Below, piece after piece: positions 57,579-64,000 of a stretch of DNA of 64,000 nt (positions are counted from its first letter, which is position 1; each line of letters begins with the position of its first letter). The position numbers were made by a program, and so were the translations under genes. The notes under the pieces were generated by a model. The model was not told where the DNA came from. It saw only the letters and a list, made by a program, of their open reading frames with translations, and made no database searches. This DNA is from Candidatus Bathyarchaeota archaeon B24 (lineage in GTDB: Archaea; Thermoproteota; CALKCG01; B24), in the NCBI GenBank assembly GCA_001593865.1, contig LUCB01000010.1, positions 4,441-68,440 on the forward strand, in the 5' to 3' direction.

Positions 57579-58745
57579 ATGCCCTTCGACAGGAGGTCTG
57601 TAGCGGTCTACTCGGCTTTCTTCCTATCTAGCCTAGGCTACTCCCTATGGTATTCACTATTCCCGGTTTACCTCGACATCATAGGGTTCCAGGCATGGCA
57701 GATAGGCTTCGTATTCTCGCTTCTAAGCCTCTCGACCAGCCTCTCCTACCTCATCCTAGGCGCAGTTTCAGATGCCGCTGGTAGAGGTAAGCCCCTTGCC
57801 TTAGGGTTCATTTTATCCGCCCTGACGATCATAGCCTTAGCTTATACGTCAAACATCATGCTCATAGGGCTTCTGATATCGGCATATGGTCTCCTAGAGG
57901 GTCTGAAATCTCCGACGGGTGAAGCGTCTATAGTCGAGACGGGAGCAAGATTAGGCACGGCTTTATCGCTATTCTACATGGTTGTCATGGTCGCTAGAAT
58001 AGCGGGCTCAGCGTTATCGGGATACTTCGCCTCGACCCTAGGCTTCCAAAGCCTATTCATCCTAGGCAGTCTTCTCAGCATCTCGTCGGCCTCTTTGATC
58101 ATCTCTCTATACGGCTGGTCTGGGAGGCTTGGTCTTAAAACCGTTAGACTAAGCATCAGCAAGTTTCCCGAAGGAATCAGGTCGATATTATCCGACAGGG
58201 GGCTTAGGTTGCTCACGATAGCCCTCGTGGTCCACGGCCTAGGGTTTTCCATGATAAATCCCTTAGTCACGCTTTACGCTAAAGAAGCCTTAAGCCTCGA
58301 CGAGCAGCTGGTGGGCCTGGTCATGGCGGTCTGGAACATGGGCTTCCTCCTGACACAGGTGCCCTCAGGAAAGTTCACCGATAGGTTCGGCGGTATCCCG
58401 ATTTTAGCGTCTCACATAGCCCTCTCGTCGGTTTCCTGGCTTCTATACGGTTTCTCGGGAAACTGGCTTCACCTGGTGCTTTCCGCTTTATTCGTCGGTA
58501 TGGTAGGCGCCATGGACATGCCCGCTAGAAGAACGTTGATGGTCCGTCTGAAGGGGTCGATGGGTGTGGCTTCGATAATAGGGTACATGGATGCTTTAAC
58601 CCGTTTCACATTTATGCTAGGCTCCTCGGTCGGTGGGGTGCTCTGGAGTAGTCTAGGCTATAGGGCTCCGTTCATCATAGGGTCTATACTGAACATATTT
58701 GCGTTGATACCTCTTCTAATTCTTATCTACCCTCATAGAAGATAG
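57579..58745 (+). CDS. MFS transporter
   Basis: About 12 TMs; motif A GAVSDAAGR and GKFTDRFG. Confidence 0.88.
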   Translation: MPFDRRSVAVYSAFFLSSLGYSLWYSLFPVYLDIIGFQAWQIGFVFSLLSLSTSLSYLILGAVSDAAGRGKPLALGFILSALTIIALAYTSNIMLIGLLISAYGLLEGLKSPTGEASIVETGARLGTALSLFYMVVMVARIAGSALSGYFASTLGFQSLFILGSLLSISSASLIISLYGWSGRLGLKTVRLSISKFPEGIRSILSDRGLRLLTIALVVHGLGFSMINPLVTLYAKEALSLDEQLVGLVMAVWNMGFLLTQVPSGKFTDRFGGIPILASHIALSSVSWLLYGFSGNWLHLVLSALFVGMVGAMDMPARRTLMVRLKGSMGVASIIGYMDALTRFTFMLGSSVGGVLWSSLGYRAPFIIGSILNIFALIPLLILIYPHRR

Positions 58746-58766
58746 TTTTCTGGAGGTCTATAGGGG

Positions 58767-60110
58767 ATGGATTTCCTGGTATATGGCGGGAGCGTAGTCA
58801 CGATGGGTAGGCTCGGCGTCGTGAGAGACGGCGCCGTCTTGGTCGAAGGCGATAGGATCGTGGAGGTCGGCAGAAGCGAAGAGGTTAAACGTAGAAACCC
58901 CCGAGGCTACGAGAGGATAGACGCTGAAGGTAAGATCATCATACCGGGTCTTGTGAACACCCACCATCACCTGGCCATGAGCCTCCTAAGGGGGTACGCA
59001 GACGACCTCCCGCTTAAGGAGTGGCTTGAGAAGTGGATATGGCCTGTCGAGTCTCTCATGACAGGAGAGGATATCTACCTAGGCGCGAAGCTCACAGCCG
59101 TCGAGTCGGTTTTAGGAGGCTGCACCACGGTCAACACCATGTACCATTATGCTCCGGAGTTCAACGAGGCTAGGGCTATAGCTGAGGTCGGTATCCGAGG
59201 TGTCGTCGGGCATGTATGCTTCTCGTGGCGTAAAGACGAAGACATAAGGCTTACGAAGATGCTCGTCGAAAAGTGGCATGGAGCCGAGAACGGCAGAGTG
59301 AGGGTCAGCGTCGACCCTCACGCACCCTACACGGTCGACCCGGGGTACATGCGTGAACTCTGGAGTCTAACCTCGGAGCTTAACGAGAAGTACAGGGATA
59401 AAGCCCCAGTCATATGGCATATCCATCTCGCCGAAACCATGGACGAGGCTGAGAAGGTCGAGAAGGCGTTTAACGTGGATGTTAAGGACGGTGTCGTAGT
59501 TTACCTCGATAGGTTAGGAGTACTCGGCCCCATAGTTATAGCCGCCCACTGCGTTCATCTAACGGATAAAGACATAGCGGTCTTAGCCTCTAGAGACGTT
59601 AAGGTCTCCCATAACCCTGTCTCAAACCTGAAACTAGGCTCGGGGATAAGCCCGGTTCCCAGGTTGCTGGAATCCGGGGTGACCGTCGGTCTCGGAACAG
59701 ACAGCGTCTGCTCGAATAACAGTAGCGACATGTTCGAGACCATGAAGCTTGCGGCGTTGATACATAAGGGGGTTTCCATGAATCCTGCCTTGATGGATGC
59801 GTGGAGAGTTCTAAGGATGGCTACTATAGACGGCGCTAGGGCGTTGAATTGGAGCGACGAGATAGGGTCGATAGAGCCCGGTAAGAAAGCCGACCTGGTG
59901 ATAATAGATGCCATGAAGCCCCATATGAGACCCATGTACAGCGAGGTTAGCCACCTGGTCTATGCAGCCAAATACGGCGACGTGGAAACCGTTTTCGTAG
60001 GCGGTCGACCCATAGTCGAAAACCGGGAGGTTAAAACGGTAGATGTCGAGGAGCTTATCACTCAGGTCTCGAAAGCGAGAGACAGGCTCATGGAGAAGGT
60101 CAGACGATGA
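58767..60110 (+). CDS. mtaD: MTA/SAH deaminase-family amidohydrolase
   Basis: PGLVNTHHH, PHAPYT, HIHLAET, AAHCV, HNPVSNLKL, LGTD. Confidence 0.82.
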   Translation: MDFLVYGGSVVTMGRLGVVRDGAVLVEGDRIVEVGRSEEVKRRNPRGYERIDAEGKIIIPGLVNTHHHLAMSLLRGYADDLPLKEWLEKWIWPVESLMTGEDIYLGAKLTAVESVLGGCTTVNTMYHYAPEFNEARAIAEVGIRGVVGHVCFSWRKDEDIRLTKMLVEKWHGAENGRVRVSVDPHAPYTVDPGYMRELWSLTSELNEKYRDKAPVIWHIHLAETMDEAEKVEKAFNVDVKDGVVVYLDRLGVLGPIVIAAHCVHLTDKDIAVLASRDVKVSHNPVSNLKLGSGISPVPRLLESGVTVGLGTDSVCSNNSSDMFETMKLAALIHKGVSMNPALMDAWRVLRMATIDGARALNWSDEIGSIEPGKKADLVIIDAMKPHMRPMYSEVSHLVYAAKYGDVETVFVGGRPIVENREVKTVDVEELITQVSKARDRLMEKVRR

Positions 60111-60321
60111 ACGTTTTAGACATCGCTGTTAAATCTAACAGCATCTATATAAGCGGTTTGGCATGCTCATCTCCTCTCTTTGAACCTCTAGGCCCTTCCG
60201 GATACGGAGTTTTATACAACATCGTGCTTAAACCTCAGCTAATTTTTTTAGAGCGTTATACAATCTTAGGTACAAACAAATAAATAAAAAGGTTTAAATT
60301 TTTATACTTACCCTTTATGAG

Positions 60322-60600
60322 GTGGGACTAGCTTTGAAGGCCATCGTTTATACGACTCCGACTTGCCCGAACTGCAAGGTTTTAGAGAGGTTTTTGAACG
60401 AGCTTGGGGTCGAGTATGAGGAGAAGAACATGCTCGACCTCGACGTTCAGACAGAGCTCATAATGATGGATGTTTTCACGACATCGGCTCCGATCCTGAG
60501 GGTCGGAGACAAGTTTCTAACGATTAAAGAACTCTTCAACGGTGGAAAATTGAACGTGCGTCTCATAAAAGATGTTTTGGGGGTCGAGGGGAGTGGTTGA
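60322..60600 (+). CDS. nrdH: Glutaredoxin/NrdH-like redoxin
   Basis: YTTPTCPNC, SAP cis-Pro motif; first gene of the nrd operon. Confidence 0.8.
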   Translation: MGLALKAIVYTTPTCPNCKVLERFLNELGVEYEEKNMLDLDVQTELIMMDVFTTSAPILRVGDKFLTIKELFNGGKLNVRLIKDVLGVEGSG

Positions 60601-62794
60601 GTTATCTGAGCCTATGCCCATGGTTAGGACGTCGAGCGGGCACTTCGTACCTTGGAGTAGACAGGCTATAGTGAACTCTCTACTGAAGGAGACTAGGTTG
60701 GCTGAAAAGTTCTTCTCGGTCAGGGCTATAACCAAGGAGGAGGCTGAGGCGATAGCCCTGGAGGTCGAGACTAAGATACAGCGCATGGGTCTGAAGTTCA
60801 TCTCAGGGCCGCTGATAAGAGAGGTCGTGAACATAGTTCTCTTGGAGAAGGGCTCTAAGAACCCGATATACCGAATATACCGGAACATATACACGAGGGT
60901 CGGGGCACCGGTCTTCGACGCCTACGAGATCGACGTCGGAAGAGGATTCGAGGCTAAGGAAAACGCGAACCTCCAGCCCAACGCCGAGACGGCGCATAAG
61001 AAGAAGGCGGACAAGATGTCCAAGGAGGAGTACCTCCTCCTCATGCCCCTAGAGCTCGCAGATGCTCACTTGAGGGGGGACATACACATACACGACCTCG
61101 AGTACTTCGGGACGAGGCCCTTCTGCCAGGATTGGGATCTGCGGTATTTCTTCTACTACGGTTTCATGCCTGACGGTATGGGTATTAAGACCTCTGTGGC
61201 TAGGGCTGCTCAGAGGCCTGAGGTGGCTGTTCTGCATTCGGTTAAGATACTAGCCGCTGCTCAGACGAACTTCTCTGGGGGTGAAGGGTTCTACAACTAC
61301 CTGGTCTTCCTAGCGCCGTATATGCGTGGCTTAAACTATAAACACGTTAAGCAGCTTATGCAGATGATGTTCTTCGAGCTCACGCAGATGTACATCGCCC
61401 GCGGCGGCCAGCCCGTTTTCTCGAACATCCAGATAACTCCTGGTGTGCCTGAGATCTGGAGGGACGTGCCCATAGTCGCCAGGGGCCGGGTCGGACCTGA
61501 TAAGTATGGTGATTACGAGGATGAGGTTCGGATGCTCTACAGGGCTGTTAACGAGGTAGCTCTAGAAGGCGACTACTGGGGTAAGCCCTTCAACTTCCCG
61601 AAGCTTGAAAACGGTATAACCCCCGACATGTTCAACCCCAAGTATGAGGAGGAGTGGCTCTTAGCCCATAAGGTCGTCGCGAAGTTCGGCTCGCCGTACT
61701 TCGACAACATGATGCCGGAGTATAGGGGGTATGGGAAGGGTGTATCATGCTACCAGTGTTGCGCGTATAGTTTTGTCGACACCCCTGATAGCGACCCTGA
61801 GTTTGATGATAAGCTCTACTTCGTAGGCGGTAAACACTTCAGCATGGGTTCTTGGCAGGTGGTCACGATAAACCTTCCGAGGGCTGCCTACAGAGCCAGA
61901 GGGGATGACGATGCGCTCTTCGACGAGGTCAGGAGGCTTATGGAACTCTGCGTGGAGGTTTTCAAGACCAAGTATAGGTGGATGAGGCTTATGCTAGAGA
62001 ACAACCGTATACCGTTTGCGACTCAGAGGCCTAAAGACCCTGTGACAGGTGAACCCGGCCCCCCGCCGGTGAACTTCGACGAGCTTGTTTGGACGATCGG
62101 GCTCGTAGGCGCTAACGAGATGGCTCAGTATCACACGGGCTACCAGCTTCACGAGTCGAGCGAAGCCGTAAGGTTGGTCGTTAGACTCCTGCTTGAGATG
62201 AAGCATTATCTAAAGGAGCTTGAGGAGAGGCATGGCCTTAAGCTCGCCTTAGCCCGTACACCCGCCGAATCCTGCGCTCAGAGGCTGGCCGTATGCGACC
62301 TTATAGACCCGGAGTTCAGGGACGCTGCTAGAAAGGTCGTTAAAGGGACGCTTGAGGCCGGTGAGAGGCTTATATCGCTTGGAGACCGTGATGCACCGGT
62401 CTACTACAGCAACGGTACCCACGTCTATGTAGGCGCTAAAATACCTCTGCTCGAGAAGCTTAGGATAGAGAATAAGTTCTTCCCGATCCTGAGCGGCGGA
62501 AACATGTTCCACATATGGCTGGGGGAGGCAGACCCAGACCCTGAGTCGCTGTATAAGTTTACGAAGAGGATAGCTACACAGAGCCAGATAGGATACTTCG
62601 CCTACACGAAGGACCTGACGATATGCGAGGACTGTAACAAGGTCTCAGGTGGTGTGAACGCGTACTGCCCGGTATGCGGCTCGACCAACGTCAGGTGGTG
62701 GTCTAGGGTCACCGGATACTACCAAGAGGTTAAAGGCTGGAACAGGGCTAAGAGGCAGGAGTTCTTCGACAGGTATAGGGTTTCGATATCTTAA
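60572..62794 (+). CDS. nrdD: Anaerobic (class III) ribonucleoside-triphosphate reductase
   Basis: ATP cone, HIHDL, PFC, YQCC, INLPR, TPAES, Zn site CEDC/CPVC, glycyl-radical RVTGY. Confidence 0.95.
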   Translation: MFWGSRGVVELSEPMPMVRTSSGHFVPWSRQAIVNSLLKETRLAEKFFSVRAITKEEAEAIALEVETKIQRMGLKFISGPLIREVVNIVLLEKGSKNPIYRIYRNIYTRVGAPVFDAYEIDVGRGFEAKENANLQPNAETAHKKKADKMSKEEYLLLMPLELADAHLRGDIHIHDLEYFGTRPFCQDWDLRYFFYYGFMPDGMGIKTSVARAAQRPEVAVLHSVKILAAAQTNFSGGEGFYNYLVFLAPYMRGLNYKHVKQLMQMMFFELTQMYIARGGQPVFSNIQITPGVPEIWRDVPIVARGRVGPDKYGDYEDEVRMLYRAVNEVALEGDYWGKPFNFPKLENGITPDMFNPKYEEEWLLAHKVVAKFGSPYFDNMMPEYRGYGKGVSCYQCCAYSFVDTPDSDPEFDDKLYFVGGKHFSMGSWQVVTINLPRAAYRARGDDDALFDEVRRLMELCVEVFKTKYRWMRLMLENNRIPFATQRPKDPVTGEPGPPPVNFDELVWTIGLVGANEMAQYHTGYQLHESSEAVRLVVRLLLEMKHYLKELEERHGLKLALARTPAESCAQRLAVCDLIDPEFRDAARKVVKGTLEAGERLISLGDRDAPVYYSNGTHVYVGAKIPLLEKLRIENKFFPILSGGNMFHIWLGEADPDPESLYKFTKRIATQSQIGYFAYTKDLTICEDCNKVSGGVNAYCPVCGSTNVRWWSRVTGYYQEVKGWNRAKRQEFFDRYRVSIS

Positions 62795-62819
62795 ACCCCC
62801 TTTTTCGGAGGCTGAGTTT

Positions 62820-63530
62820 TTGAGAATTAAGGGTTTCGTCGACCTTAGTATGGTGGACTGGGACGGTCATGTGGTCTCGGTAGTGTGGACGCCGGGTTGC
62901 AACTTCAGATGCGGGTTCTGCTTCAACAAGACCCTCGTTCTCAAACCGGAGTCTCTATCAGACGTACCTGAAGAAAAAGTCTTAAGCTTTCTAGACGCTA
63001 ACAGGCGTTTCCTAGACGGAATATGTATAACCGGCGGAGAGCCGACACTTCAGCCAGACCTCGACGTGTTCTGCGGGAAGGTTAAGAAGCTCGGGTTAAA
63101 GGTTAAGCTAGACTCGAACGGGTCTAACCCCGCGGTCCTGAAGAGCCTAATATCCCGCGGCCTCATAGACTACGTGGCTTTGGACGTTAAGGCTCCTTTA
63201 AACCCTGAAAGCTACGGTAGAGTTACCGGGGTCTCGTCTGAAAGCCTCGTCGAGAGGGTTAAGGAGAGCATAAGCCTTCTCATGAACTCCGGCTTAGACT
63301 ACGAGTTTAGGACCACGGTCGTACCTGGTTTACATAGCGAAGACGACATAAGGATGATATGCGAAGACATACGAGGTGCAAAACGATACGTTCTGCAAGT
63401 CTACAGGCCAGGAGATACCATAGACCCCAGTTTTAAAATGCTTAAACCACCTAGCAGGGAGTTTATGCTGAAGCTCGCGGAGATCGCGTCGAAGTATGTG
63501 AAAGAGGTCCGTGTCAGGGGGCTTGTTTAA
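62820..63530 (+). CDS. nrdG: Anaerobic RNR activating radical SAM enzyme
   Basis: GCNFRCGFCFN, TGGEPT, KLDSNGS, EFRTT. Confidence 0.92.
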   Translation: MRIKGFVDLSMVDWDGHVVSVVWTPGCNFRCGFCFNKTLVLKPESLSDVPEEKVLSFLDANRRFLDGICITGGEPTLQPDLDVFCGKVKKLGLKVKLDSNGSNPAVLKSLISRGLIDYVALDVKAPLNPESYGRVTGVSSESLVERVKESISLLMNSGLDYEFRTTVVPGLHSEDDIRMICEDIRGAKRYVLQVYRPGDTIDPSFKMLKPPSREFMLKLAEIASKYVKEVRVRGLV

Positions 63531-63550
63531 CCCCCCTCCCTAAGCTTTGT

Positions 63551-64000
63551 TTACGGTACGAGCCTTTCAGGGTCTCTCGGTAGAAGCGTGGCTTCCCTTA
63601 TGTTGTCGAGTCTTAGGAGCTTCATGGTAAGCCTCTCGAGCCCTGTGCCGGAGCCTCCGTGGGGCGGTATGCCGTATCTGAAGAACTCTAGGTAGAACCT
63701 GAACTCCTCCGGGTTTAATCCTTTTTCTTGACACTGGTTCACAAGCTTGTCGTATCTATGCTCCCTCTGTCCTCCGGTGGTTATCTCTAAGCCGTCCCAT
63801 ATCAGGTCGAAGGACCTCGTCCATTCAGGTGTCTCCTCGATGCGCATGGTGTAGAACGGCCTAGGAGGCCAGGGATACTCGTTCAGGAAGAAGAGCCCAC
63901 TACCATACTCCTCCCTCACGATCCTCGATAGAAGCCTCTCTCCCTCGGGGTCTAGGTCTTCTAGGGGTTGGGTCTTAAAGCCCCTTCCCTCTAGGAGCTT
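63551..64000 (-). CDS. aspS: Aspartyl-tRNA synthetase, C-terminal part (runs off the window)
   Basis: RPFYT, SFDL...EITTGGQREH, PPHGG.G.GLER, PRDP; AsnRS not fully excluded. Confidence 0.85.
   Translation of the reverse strand, partial: KLLEGRGFKTQPLEDLDPEGERLLSRIVREEYGSGLFFLNEYPWPPRPFYTMRIEETPEWTRSFDLIWDGLEITTGGQREHRYDKLVNQCQEKGLNPEEFRFYLEFFRYGIPPHGGSGTGLERLTMKLLRLDNIREATLLPRDPERLVP

Noticed and set aside
57389-57631. 80-aa ORF and overlapping 57264-57452 ORF
   Set aside because: Antisense reading of the tRNA gene and its promoter
60125-60142. Hairpin GCTGTTA-AATC-TAACAGC after the deaminase gene
   Set aside because: Single short inverted repeat; a plausible terminator or operator, but nothing else supports it
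633-62512. Many short antisense or alternate-frame ORFs in the track
   Set aside because: They lie within well-supported genes and are typical shadow ORFs

Overview
Ordinary chromosomal DNA (about 50% GC) from an anaerobic, probably thermophilic archaeon. Gene content and promoter style suggest the TACK group, possibly Bathyarchaeia, which is an inference. It contains two peptide/nickel-type (Opp/Dpp) ABC systems, leuS, hisS, a partial aspS, and a his operon (hisCGABDEI, no hisF/hisH) divergent from an AbrB-ACT regulator. It also has two VapBC-type toxin-antitoxin pairs, ABCE1/Rli, a BMP-type nucleoside ABC transporter with a frameshifted permease, guaB, RPA, Sec61beta, a group 3b [NiFe]-hydrogenase operon, several amidohydrolases, a cofE-like gene, tRNA-Met(CAU) with a non-canonical 45/46 intron, and nrdH-nrdD-nrdG. 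I saw no CRISPR array, integrase or transposase. Three of the most interesting signals are absent from the ORF track: (1) a 46-codon Glu/Trp micro-ORF with its own promoter directly upstream of the ribosome-recycling ATPase ABCE1; (2) a box C/D-like sRNA whose D' guide is complementary to the 16S anti-Shine-Dalgarno end; (3) a three-way-junction RNA with complementary loops upstream of the nucleoside transporter. A fourth, among the ORFs, is a module of apparently inactivated enzymes (KaiC-like ATPase plus multi-zinc-ribbon/nuclease-fold protein) next to an HTH-AbrB regulator. All family assignments come from reading motifs; no searches were run.
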